DNA of 64,000 bases from NCBI RefSeq assembly GCF_004010195.1, contig NC_057754.1, positions 13,112,224 through 13,176,223 on the forward strand, written 5' to 3'. A program made the translations under genes and the position numbers. The notes beneath the pieces are model-generated. The model saw nothing but the letters and a program-made list of their open reading frames with translations, did no database searches and was not told the DNA's origin. The DNA comes from Chiloscyllium plagiosum (Eukaryota). Numbering within the stretch: position 1 is the first letter of the stretch; each line of letters begins with the position of its first letter. Below, piece by piece: positions 37,220 to 49,709 of the stretch.

Positions 37220-37937
37220 TGTTACAATACAGGGTTAACCCATCTCCTAATTTAAACCAGCCACACAGAAAAAGTTCACCTCATGCCGTAATCTCATAAG
37301 TTTCGAGAGGCAAAGATCCATTTACAGGGTCACTATTTAATATAAAGTTGACAACTTAGTTATTTAAGTCCAACAGAGAATACTAACGTGAACAACTATT
37401 TAGAAATCCCTTCGTTTAAACGTATCTTTTACCGCCCACTTTACAATACTGGTCCAATGAAATTTAAAAAAAAAACTGATTAAGGTTTACAAAATATATA
37501 ATCATGTTTCAAAACCACTCTATTCTACTTTGTAGATTTTTCTCTGTAGATTTTACTGTCAGTCGGCTTCAACGTTCTCTTTTGTGAACTTCTTGTAGAC
37601 AGGTACCTTCAGAAGGCTCTTCAGCTAGCAGTCTATCTTTGTAGATGTCCTTAGCAGTTCTCACCCTAGATGTTCAAAGTGCCCAGTTTTATACCCCAAA
37701 GCATCGGATCATTTCATTGATATTCATGTCATCAAATACGTTATATTTCAAACTCGATTTGATTTCAGTATGTTTTTTGCATAATTTAAACAGACTTTGA
37801 ATTGTTTTTGTTCCGTGGCAACTCATTTTCACTATAGGTTTCACAGTCAAATGTTATATTTTAACTTCTTTCAGAACACTTTGTGGCAGCTTCCTGTCTC
37901 TCTTAACGGTAAAGTATACCTCTACACCTTCATAACA
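37220..37937 (-). repeat. 5' LTR of gypsy element 1
   Basis: Minus strand TGTTATGAA...TGTAACA. Confidence 0.85.
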
Positions 37938-38120
37938 ATATCTTTTTTCGCCCTACATAGCTGTTCATAAATTTGATCAACTTAGTAAGTTCATATAAAA
38001 GTCTTTGCTGTTCCAAAAATACTATTTTCTCTCAAACTTCTTTTACTTATTTCTTTCTTTCCAGTTATCATTCGACTTAGTTACAATGTTACTATTATTC
38101 TTCGACAAAGTATTACATTG

Positions 38121-38228
<108 letters not shown>

Positions 38229-38824
38229 TTTATGAATAATCCTCGGCAATTGGACTGAGATGAAAGAATGAGATGTAATCACATTGAAGGAGATGATGAA
38301 GGAGTAAATGTGCAATGTTTCTAAGCTTTCTGATATTAAAAAAGTCGTAAAAATCTCCTTTGTTCATGGATTGGGAAAGTGAGCAAATGACATTCATCGA
38401 CCAAACAGCAGTAATTTAATGGACCTTTACTGGGATCATTGAACGACCAAATATTTAGTATTCTCTTGAGAGTTTAATTCAGCTTTGTTTAAAGTCTGAG
38501 TTGCATATGTTTTCATCAATATGCAATCATCATCGGTGACAAAACTAGAAGTTGCTGGAAATGCTCAGTATTTCTGACAGTACCTGTCGTGAGAAAACAG
38601 ATTCAACATCGGGTCGCGGAATGGGTTTTGAGTTGTTTACTTTTTGCTAGTAATGTTCAACTATGTTCAAGTTAGGTGCATTACTCAGGCGTTAATGCGG
38701 AATAATAGAATAGGGGAATGGTTCAGGGTGGGTGACTGTTAGGAGGGTCAGCGTGGACGTGCTGTGCGAAATGGCCTGTTTCCCCACCGTAGGGATTCTA
38801 TGATTCTATGATTTCTTTATAAAA

Positions 38825-41750
38825 AGGGCGCTCGGTGCAAGGATCAAGAATGTATCCGAGCATGCTCAGGGCATACTGAAGTGGGCCAGCGATCGTGGTT
38901 CACATTGATACCAATGACATAGGTAAGAAAAGTGAAAGGTTGAAACGTTCTGCAAAGAAAGTTCCGGGAGTTAGGAGTGACCTTAAAAGCAGAATCTCCC
39001 GGGTTGTATATTTGGAATTAATCCCCGTGCACCTGGTAGTGAGACAAGGAAGAGGAAGATAGTCGAGTTGAATAAGTGGGTAAAGAGCTGATTTGGGAGG
39101 AGGGTTTCTGATTTTTGGATGATTCAGATCGCTTCCAGGGCAGGTGGGAACTGTACAAAAGGAAAGTGTGCACCTTAACTGGAGGGGCCCCAACATCCAG
39201 GAACGGAGGTTTGATCGTGCAACTCGGGTAGATTGAAGCTAATAATACAGGATGTTGGGAACCAAAGCAGCAGGTCAGAAACTGAACAGAAAGTAGAGGG
39301 TGGTCGAATAAATAATCAGAGCCAGTTTAATGACCATGCAGAGGGAAGGAATCATAACAATTTAAAAATTTGAGTGGAAAGTTCGAGTAAATGATAAGCT
39401 CACTATTATTGGGGATCCATAAATGAGGATGGAGATCCTGTGCACAAAAGTATTAAAAGAGAAAGACATATCAATAGAACTTATGTAAAAATCTTTTAAC
39501 TAAATGTGTGCAGTATTTGGAATGAAATGAATGAGCTGAAAGCTCAAACAGAGAGTAATAGGTATGGCCTGGTGGGGATTACTGAAATTTGGTTACATGA
39601 AGGTCAGGACTGGAGTGCTAAATGTGAAAGTGTACACAGTATTCAGACAAGAAGTAACAGCAGGTGGAGTGTCTGCATTGGTTAAGGGTAATGTCAAGGC
39701 TATATAAAGAAATGATATTAGCACGTTGGACGAAAATGATGAATCAGTCTGGTTGGAAAAAACACATGGAAAGACACCTATTTGTAGCAGCAATTCCAGC
39801 CGACAAGCTCCCACCCAGGTAAACTACTTTCAAATTCGGGAATAGCATGAACCAAAGAATAACGATGGATTTTGACAAGGGCACAAGAGTGGTTATGGAT
39901 AATTTGAACATGCATATTGACCGGATTAATCAATTTTGGCAAGGGAGCCTCAAAGAATCATTCACCGAATGCATGAAGGATTATTTCTTAGAGTAACATG
40001 TCATGGAACGAAACAGAGAACTGGCTTTGGTAGTAATGAGGAAGTAGTGATAAATCATATTGTGGTACAGGATCATCTTAGAAAGAGTAACCACAACATT
40101 GCTGGAGTTTCAAATTCAGACTGACACAGTGAAGACAGAGTCACATACGAAAGGTTTAAGGTTAGGCAATGATAATTTTACTGGCCTGAGGAAGGGATTG
40201 GATTGATTGGACTTAGCAAATCATTAAAGGGCAGGACAGCTGAAGAACAGTGGCAAGTACGTAGGGAGATGGTCAAAAACTCTCAATTAAAGTGTAATCC
40301 TGAGTGGAAGAGGAATTGTTAAAAGGTGAAAAGTGATCTATGTCTTAACAAGGAAGTCAACAACAACGTGAAGGTGATCACCCGGTGGTATAACCACCAA
40401 CTACTAATCCAGATTATGTTCCAGGGACTCAGTTTCAAATGCTGCTAGGGTAGATGGTGGAATGTATATTCAATATAAACCTGGAATTAAGAGTCTATTG
40501 ATGATTATGAATCCACTGCTCATTATTGGATACACCTATCTGTTTCATGAATGTCTTTTAGGGATGGAAACCACCATCCTTACCGGGTCTGACCCACATG
40601 TGACTTCAAACACACATACAAATTTGGTTGATTTTTAATTGCACTTTGGGCAATTAAGAATGGACAATGAGTGCTGTCCACCAGCGACACCCTCAGCCAA
40701 TGAATGATGATTTTTTAAAAAAAATAAACACTTTAAATATCAGCAAGCAGTGAAACGAGTAGAAAGCATAAGAATTGATAAAGAACACTCCTCCGCGTAG
40801 ACATAAAGTAAAAGAATGCTGAAAGTAAATCTTTCTCTTTTAGAGGATGAAAAAACAGGGTAATAATGGGAAACTGAGAAATGGCAGAGGCGAAACCAAC
40901 ACTTCCTGTGTGCACAGTGGAAGATAATTCCTTCCCAAAATTTACAACAACAGCAAAGGATCTTGATGGAAGTACGATGACGAGGAAGAAAACATTAAAT
41001 ACATTGATGGGATTAGTGGGAGGTCAAGCCCTCACGCCTGATGGCCTGCACTGTATCATATTAAAGGAGGTGAAAGCAGAGATAGGGGATGTATTAGTTG
41101 AGATATTCAAAAAATCCTTGGATTCTGAAAAAGTATTGGAAAATTAATAATGTCACACACGTACTCAAAACAGGAAATAGGCAAAAAGTGACAAACTATA
41201 GAGCAGTGGGTTTGAAGTCTGTAGTGGGGAGGTTTCTTCAGTCAACCGTAAAGTAGGAAATAATTGAACATTTGGAAAAAACAAAGATCAATTCGTCAGT
41301 GTCAGCTCAATTTCATGATGGGCGGATTGTGCTTGAAATGCCTGCTGAAGTTCTTGAGAATGTAAACAACAAAGTGGATAATGGGGATCCAGCAAACGTG
41401 GTACATCTAAACTTTAGAAGGCATTTGACAAGGTGCCACATAAAGGACTGATCTAGAAGGTGGGATCCCAGGTTTTAACGGTAGAGTATTGAATTGGATA
41501 GAGGATTGGCTGACTGACAGAAAGCAGAGCATCGGGATAAATGGTCTTTCTCTGGCGAACTGTAACTAGTGAGGTGCTAGAGGGTTCAGTTCTCAGACCT
41601 CAACTATTTACAATCTATACAAATGACCTTGAAGGAGAGCCAAAGTGTAGCAACTAAATTCACAGATGGTACTAAACTAGGTGGTAAAACAGGCTGTGAT
41701 GAGGAGATAACGAGTTTACAGATGAGTATTGGTAGACTTGAAAGATGGAG
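38825..41750 (+). mobile_element. Long decayed CR1 with ORF1 esterase remnant, EN and RT
   Basis: VVHIDTNDIG and VHLNWRG (SGNH-esterase-like ORF1), LNVCSI...VGITEIWL (APE endonuclease) and AFDKVPH (RT). Confidence 0.85.
40385..40715 (+). mobile_element. tRNA-derived SINE (second family) with an L2-like AATGAATGA tail
   Basis: Interrupts the CR1; shares its core with 20607-20780 and its 3' end with the LINE at 12675. Confidence 0.7.
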
Positions 41751-41754
41751 GATA

Positions 41755-42200
41755 GTGGGATTCCCGATGGTGTCCATGGCATCTGCAGAGTAGCCATGCC
41801 AATAGGGAGAGGTAGAGGAACTGAAGGAGCTCTCTCTCTATTAATCTTGCAGCGTGCCGGTGCACAGTACATCATGTTGGTGAATACCCCTGTCCTGACA
41901 GCAGCCACAGCCACTTCATTCAGAAGCAGGCAGCCATTCCTATCGTCTTCGGGTCTCCATGTAGAAAGGAATGAATGTATCTTGGATAAAGGCTGTGCCC
42001 TTGATATATGTTTGAAAACAGCATCCCCATCACCAACCAAACACTTCAAAACATTCCATGTGTAAGAAGCGCAATGGGGTCACTGGGAGTGTCTGGGAGC
42101 AGACGATCAGGGATGAAGCAAAACTCCCATGTCTGAACATGTCTGAGTGAACCCCCCAGTACACAGTATCATTAAACCCTGTAATCCCCCTCCATCGCAG
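41755..42200 (+). mobile_element. PIF/Harbinger transposase remnant (HARBI1-like C-terminal part)
   Basis: Across frameshifts: SINL...PDSSHSHFI...ILDKGCALDICLKTASPSPT...EQTI...PCLNMS..PQY, matching the family pattern SxN...PGSxHDxxI...LGDKGYPL..WLMTP...EQTIG.LK.RFRCLD.SGG.LQY. Confidence 0.65.
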
Positions 42201-42559
42201 TAGCATACTGACTTCTATTATTCCTGTAAATGAAATGACAGGTTATATCATGTTATATTGCACCTGCCAAATTATTGTCCATTGCCTTTACCTCTCTGTA
42301 TCTATCTGTAGACCCTCCACCCTCTCTTGATAATTTAATCTCTTGCTTATCACAGCAACATGACCAAACTCATTATCTGTATATCTGTTCCATCCTCCTG
42401 ATAATTAATACAGACTGTAACTAGTTGAGGACCCAGCACGGGTCACTGTGTGACTCCACTGGTGACGTTCTGTCAAACTGATTAAGACTGATTTATCCGG
42501 AGCACCTGCATCCTGTTTGATACACAATCCTCCCCCATTACTGTGTAACACAGGCGAAA

Positions 42560-43720
42560 AGCTGAATATGAACGAGGAGAAACAGTCAGGAATCCAACCC
42601 CTCGAACCAGCTCTGCCATTGAATACAATCATGTCTGATGTCATCGTGGCCTCTGTTCCACATTCCTGCCATCTGTCCATTCTCAAACTCTAGTCTCTTG
42701 TCGTTGATTGCGGCTCATGAAAAAAATATCCTCTCCACATCTACACTTTCAACTAGGTTTAGCATTTTACAGAACTCAATGAGCTCTCCTTTCATTCTTA
42801 TAAACTCGAGAGTATAGGCTTGAAGTGCTCAATCTCTCTTCGATAAGACAAACACCTCAAATATGGAATCAGTCTCATGAAACTCTTCTGAATTGCCTCC
42901 AATGCAAATGTCTTATTCCGCAGGACACTCAAACCATACTCCAGTTGCAGCCTCACTAATGCCTTTAATAGCTACACCAACACTCCCTACCTTTCTACTC
43001 TATCCTTTTACAAATTAACGCTGAAGTTATGCTTGCATTTCTCATTACTTGAAGTACCCGCATGCAAGCTTTCTGTGATATGCAAGCAGGCACCCAGATT
43101 CCTCTGCACTTAAGTATTTTGAAGTTTCTGTCCATTTAGATAATAGTTTGCCTTTTTATTAGGCTGGCCAACTTGAATAAGCCCATATTTATCCACTTTA
43201 ATTTTCATTGTCAAATGTTTGCCCATTCACCCAACCTATCCATATAGTATTTAAATCTCTTGCATCATCATTCCGAAGTAATTTCCCACCAATGTTAGCG
43301 TCATCTGAAAATGTAGCTATAGTATTTTCTATCCCGTCAACCGAGTAATAATATCGATCAGAAATGGTTGAAGCATGAGAACTGATATCTATGGCACCCC
43401 ACAAATTGCATTTTCCAAAAGGAACTGACACATTTAATTCATCTGACTGCATTTTGTTGGTTAACCAATCCTCCCTCCAAGCTAATAAATTACTCCTAAA
43501 CCGATGCTGTCTGATCTTACCACTCACTCTTTGGAGAAGTGACATATCTGAATCCTTCACGAAGACCAGATATATTCCATCTCCAGGATTCACACTATCC
43601 ACCTTGTTTGTCACATCTTTAAATAACTCAAGAAAACGCTTCAATCATGATTTTTCTTTTGTAAAACCATGTTGAGTCCGATAGATTGTGGTTTACCTTT
43701 GCAAATGTCCTCAACAATGG
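42560..43720 (-). mobile_element. CR1 LINE 3' half, old
   Basis: FLELFKDVTNKVD and TFSDDANIGG motifs; 3' end near 42570-42620. Confidence 0.8.
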
Positions 43721-43859
43721 CTTCTAATAATTTGCCTTAAATTACAATACTTTATTGTTACATTTTACTCCCTAATGTATTCAGTTATTTAAGCCCTTCC
43801 CTTTCGAAAACCTTTACGTTTTCTTTGAATTCCTGTTTTATGGGCAAAAAGTTTTAAGA

Positions 43860-44610
43860 GATGTGCTCCAATTGCTGCATAAGAGGTATGTGTGACTGAA
43901 TGGACTCATCATCCTGCTGGTGTATAAAATCGATGGGATGAAGTCTTTCTGGTGTTCCCATGCTATCGTCTCCAAGGCCAGAATGACCTCTTCCTTTTGC
44001 TGCGTGAGAGGGGTGGGGGATTATGGAATCTTCTCGTTGCCGTGTAACATTTTTAGGGGCTGATGGGTCTTCACATATTTGTCCATAATAGGTGGAGATA
44101 CTAAACGGTCTCTTCATGTATCCCAGAGATGGGACCAAGGGAGCGATTGGTCTTCTCTTGTTCCCCTACAACAGACACGTGTCTGAATTACCTCCTCCTT
44201 TCTCATGAAATAAGTCTCAGATAGTTTTTATCCTTATACAATTCCCTTGCAAAAGGCTCGGTGGGTTTGAATGGCCTCCTGTTATCCCAGTGTAACTTTG
44301 TGACCGCTTTCAGTTCCTATGTTACGGATTTGAGATGGCTGAATGGACTGATCCTCTGCAATGTAACAGGATACTGGTGCCGCATGGCCTACTCTGGGTC
44401 CAGTGTTGTCGATTCGAGGGGCTGTTTGGCCTCTTCCTGTAAATATACATCAAGGTCCAGGGGCTGAACAGCCTCGTCCTATTCTGGTGTAACAAGGTCA
44501 AAGGCCTGAATATCCTTCTGTTGTTCCTGTGTAACAGGCTGGAGAACGGAATGGATTCCTCCACTATCTGCGTAATTCGCTTCAGTTGTTGACTCCTTCC
44601 TGTCATGTAT
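43860..44610. repeat. Highly degenerate ~40-bp tandem array (TGTAACAGGCTCGAGGGGCTGAATGGCCTCCTCCTGTTCCTG-like); shorter paralog at ~23630-23900
   Basis: Recurring GTGTAAC, GGGGCTG, GAATGG and GCCTC motifs at about 40-bp spacing, clearest at 44250-44560. Confidence 0.6.
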
Positions 44611-45492
44611 GTTGAAATAAGATCTTCGTTCATTTTTGTAAACACCAATGGCAATTGGATCAACCTGATCATCCTTTCGTTATACGCTAGCACCTTCATT
44701 GCAGGAATCAGTTGAGGGGACCATCTCTGAGCTGCTTCCAATAAAACAACAACCTTTCTTCATTGACAAGACTAAATCTGCACACTACACCAGATGTGAT
44801 CTCAATAAGATCCTAGACAGCAGCAGCAATGCTTTACCACCCTGCTGTAATGTTCCTACCCAGATTAGAGCAGTCTCAGCTCTCTGGGGGAAATACAGAG
44901 CATTGTTGAACGATCATTGTCCTTCTCTACTCCACTAGCATAACGGGAGATCTGGAGAAAATGTCACAATGATGCTTGAGAAGTTCATAAATGATGTGGC
45001 GAGATGATCTCTACCATTAATCTCCCCAAAACCCACTTCGCTCAGATTCTACAGAATCTTATAAAGTGGAGCGTAAAAACAGCAAGGAGAAGGAAACATT
45101 GATGGGAGTTATATATCAAAGTGAAAGCTGCAATACAAATGTTGGGCATGTTATAAAACCGGAAAATGAGATATGCACATTTGTGACTACTGCAGTAATA
45201 ATATACTGTTTACATTATATCGAAACTATGTTAACCCAACTGAATGCTAATGCTGGGAAAAATGGATTTCATGAGCATATGTTAGATGGCTTGCATTAAT
45301 ATTTTGTCAGGTTATTTAGGAATTGGTGTTGGATGATCAGAAGAGCTAATTGAAAGCTTTGCTGTGAAGGACCTTTAGGGGAACAGTGACCACAATGCAT
45401 TGGTTTTCTTTTATGCGGTTTGAGTACATGATAGTTTTTGTTTTGTTTGAAGTAACCGTTATAAATCTGAATCATGCAAGCCCTGAAGGTGT

Positions 45493-46180
45493 GAGGAGAA
45501 AGTGGGGACTACAGATGCTGGAGATCAGAATCGAAGAGTATGGTGTTGGAAAAACACAGTCAGGCAGCATACGAGGAGCAGGAGAATTGACGTTTTGGGC
45601 ATAAGCCTTTCATCAGGAATGAGGCTTATGGGTCAAGGGGGCTGAGAGATAAAGGAGAAGGGGGTGTGGCAGGACGGAGGGAACTAGGAATGCAATAGGT
45701 AGATGAAGATGAGGTTGAAAGTGATAGGTGATGAAGTGAGACAGAACGTCTCATCTACTGCATCCATTAAACCCAGTGTGGTCTTCTCTACATTGGCGAG
45801 ACAGGTGGATCATTTCAGAGAACATATCTGGGCTATCCACATTGACCAACTCCACTGCCTTGTGGCTGAACAATTTAACTCCCCTTTCCACTCTGCCAAG
45901 GACATGAGAGTCCTGGGCCTCCTCCATCGCCCAACCCTAACCACCCGAAGCATGGATAAAGAAAGACTCCTCTTCTACCTTGCGTCCCTCCAACCACAGG
46001 GGATTAATGTAGATTTCACCAGTTTCCCCATTTCCCCTAACTCCACCTTATCCCCGTCCAATCTTCCAACTCAGCACCCTTCCCCGCTTTGAACGTTCCT
46101 CTGTGTTAATCTTCCTTCCCATGAATCTAGTCTACCCTCCTCTCCGACCTATCACTTTCAGCCTCACCTTCAACTATCTA
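45493..46180 (+). mobile_element. Penelope-like element: inverted terminal segment followed by a GIY-YIG remnant
   Basis: 45493-45730 is a reversed terminus with a mutated hammerhead. 45750-46020 has CGLLYIGET...FREH...VAEQFNSP...LQPQGINVDF. Confidence 0.85.
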
Positions 46181-46189
46181 TTAGATCAA

Positions 46190-49110
46190 AGGAATCAGCT
46201 TCAAAAAATGCCAAGTGTTGTCGTAAGCCAGTGGATTCAGAGACATGTAGGGCCTAGCAACGGATGGCCAAGAAACTGAGAAGAAAATCAAAAGGAGAAA
46301 ACGGATGAAAACAAAGAAATACATACAGACTGCTTTAAAAAAAAACGTACATTACTGTATGAAATAAAAGTAAAAACACGATAAAGTGTGGAACAGTAGG
46401 TGTGCGGACAGGATAATTTATTGTAGAGAGCAGAGAAATCACAGGGGAAAAAAACAGTTTCTTTATGTCTATCTTCAAGGCAGAATATCCAGAAATTCTC
46501 CCAGAAATACGGAGTGACCTTCGGACTTGTGTAAGTAAAATCTAAGATCATTCTTATCAGTGTTGACGTCATCTTTTAAAAGAAAGCTGGATTGAGTATT
46601 TACAAATCTGACAGATCGATGTACTTCATACAAGAATTTCAGAGGAAGCAGCAGTATGCATATTGATTGCATCGCAGATTTTCACGTTATTTTCCAATAC
46701 ATTCCCGAAAGATATTTAGCCAATCTGGATAAGGCAAAGGTTATAAATATTATCCAACAGTTTAAGAAAGGATGAAGATGGAGAGTGGTGAACTACATAC
46801 CAGTAACTTGTAATCCGTGGTCGGGTGTCTGTTGGGCTCGATTACAAAGAACGTGTTACTGGATATCTAGAAGGTAATGACAAAAATGGGGAGTATGATA
46901 ATGCATCGATGAAACGAAAACCATAAGTGGCAAACATTTTTTGGAATGGTTTGAAGATGATTCTTGTGGACGTAGGCAATGAGGAGCTAATGGATAACGT
47001 ATAGTTGGATATTCAGGAGTTTTTTTTAAGAACTCTCACACTAATATCAGAAGAAAAGTTAAAGTGAAAGGAATGGGGAAGAACACAAGCAAATAGGAAA
47101 TTAAAAGTTAGGTTTACATTCATGTGAATGTAATTGGAATATAGAAGATGTCGTGCGCCAGCTGCACAGTGTTGCTGAGACTAAACTTAGAGTATTGTGT
47201 TCCGTTTGGAGTCCCAAACTAAGATAGAGTATACTGACTACATAAGAACTGCAAAAGATATTCTCCAGATTAATCCCTAAAATGGCAAGATTGTCTGATG
47301 TGGGAAATTCAGCCGGTGATCTTGAGTTTCAAAAGATGAGAGGTGATTTTAGTGAAACTTAGAAAAATAGAGGGGAGAGAACAGTAGAGGGACATGGAGA
47401 AGCGCAAGCAGGCAAGATTAGGGAGAATCCCATGATATTCTACACGTACAAGTAGAACAAAATAATCAATAAACAGTTTGTGTCAATTAGAAACCAAACA
47501 GGCAATCAGTGTGTCAACCTGGAGAACATTGATAGATTGTTACATGAGACCATTACAGCTGTTTTACTTGGGAGAAAGAGGATGCAGGTACAGAATTCGA
47601 GAAGATGGACTGGAAAGCTCTTGAAGAGATTGATGTAAAATACGAGCAGGGGTTTGCGGCTTTGTCTGGTCTAAAATTGGACCAAACCGCAGGTCTGGAT
47701 ACTGTTGTTGTCAAGGGAGGTAAGACACTGACTGGAAATTTTAATTAGAATCTGACCATATGGAGGTGCCAGAGGACTGGAGAACAGCTAATATGATTCC
47801 ACTTCACTGTAAGGGTGGTAGAGATAGACCAGGTAGCTATAGACGAGCGAGTATTAGATCTCTGTTCGGGAAACTACTGGAGAAAATAGGGAAGGATAAA
47901 ATTGAACGCCAATCAGAATGGCAAGGCTTGATCAGGGATAATCATCATGACTTTATCAGAGGGAAGTCACATCTAATGGATTTGATTGAATTAGATTGAG
48001 GAGGTCGCTTATTTAGTTTTGCAGCAAGTCCCTTGACAAAGTTCCACATGGGAAACTGAAATAAATAAAGTAAAATCTCACAGTATCAAGGATAACTTGA
48101 CAAGTTACAACGAAAATTGTCTTAGTGTCAGGAGGCAGAGGGTAGTGGGAGAAGGCTGTTTGTGTGATTGGAGACGTGTCCCCTGGTTTACCACAAGGAT
48201 CAGTGCTGTGTCTCTTATTATTTGTAGCATTCATAAATGATATAGATGTGAATCTGAAGGGAGTGGGTGGAGGGTTGGGAGTTGAGATAAATAAGTTTGT
48301 TTTTGACACAAAGATCGGCCGGGTGGTTGGCAGTGAGGAGGAAGGTCTGATTTTACAGGAAGATACAAGTGGAATGATCAGATGGGTATATCAATGGCAG
48401 ATGGAATGTAATCCTGATAAATATGAGGTGATGTACTTTGGAAGGAGGAACCAGACATGGGGTGTACACAATTGGCAGCACACTAGGAAACTTAGAGGGT
48501 GTTTCTCCACACATCCCTGAATGTAAATGAACAGGGTAATGGACTAGTTAGGAATTAAACCTTGGGTGTAGCGTTTATTAATCAGGGCGTAGATTGTAAG
48601 TGCTATACAGGACTTTGTTTAGTCCATGATGGGGTACTGTATGTAGTTCTGGGAGCCACATTACAGGAAAGAGGTGATTGTACTGGAAGGTGTGCAGAGG
48701 AGATTCACCAGGATGTTCCCTGGGATGGAGCATATCACCAATGGAGAAAGGCTGGATAAGCTCGGGTTGTTTCCTTTGGAGCAGAGGAGGCTGAGGGGGA
48801 CGTGATTCAGAAGGATACGATTATGAGGAGCATGGACAGGGGAGATAGACAGCAGCTGTTCCTTTTAGTCAGAAGGTCAAGAACAAGGGAGCAAACTTTT
48901 AAAGTGAAGGGTTTGAGGTTCAGAGAGGATTTAAGGATTACTTTTTTTCACCCAGAGGGTGTTGGGGTCTGGAATGTACTTCCTGAGAGGGGAGTTATCA
49001 CGGGTAACCTCTCAACTGTTAAAAGTACTTGGACGAGCACTTGGAAGTGTCATAACATTCCAGGCTATGAGCCTGGTGTTGGAAAGTGGGACTAATATAG
49101 ATCATGCTGT
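46190..49110 (+). mobile_element. Stack of decayed CR1 fragments
   Basis: VPEDWRTAN, GLPQGSVL, WQMECNPDK and GLFPLEQRRLRG motifs. Confidence 0.85.
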
Positions 49111-49709
49111 ATTTCTATTGGCACAGAGACTATGCTCCTGTTAGTGTATGGTGTGGATGGTCAATTATGGAGTAGCTTAAGACAGGATCTGATAGGTTTC
49201 TGAAGATAATGTTCACAAAGGTTATAAGAGTGAACTGTTATATCTTGTCAAATTCTGTCAATGTGAGAAGTATGAAAAAACAGTGCAGTTTCCTTCCAGT
49301 TTAAAACCAGAGAATGGAGAATGGGAAACAGGGAAATGGCAAAACTATGAATCCACTACTTCAGTTCTATCTTCACAGAACTTTCTGACAATACCAGGAA
49401 AACCCAGGCTGGTGTGAAAAACGAAATATTACATGGAAAATAGAACATAGTAAGTAAATTATTGGGACTGAAATTAATGGTCATAGACAACACCAACATA
49501 GATTTATGAAATGGGAATTATGTTTGAGAAACAGACTGGGAGACAAATGAAAGAGAAGCAATGGATGTAAAACACGTGGATTTTCAGAAAGATTTTGGTA
49601 AAGCTCCAAGCCTAGTTTGCAAAATCGAATCTTAATGGATACGAGAGAATTAATGGACATGCTTCTAGAATGGGACAGCTGGCATGAAACAGTGAATAGA
49701 AATAAACAG

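Larger units (their letters stand above)
32055..37937 (-). mobile_element. Decayed Gmr1-like Ty3/gypsy LTR retrotransposon (gag, partial IN, RT, RH)
   Basis: Two homologous LTRs starting TGTTATGAA, a PBS and a PPT. Gag Zn-knuckle at ~35830-35910; IN Zn-finger start at ~34650-34940 lies upstream of RT (KLDLMYGYWQVP, PFRMKNAPATFQR, VHLNDVVIFS). Confidence 0.9.

Noticed and set aside
41745..42065. Domesticated HARBI1 gene
   Set aside because: The motifs are spread over different frames with stops and degenerate catalytic motifs, consistent with a dead transposon fragment.
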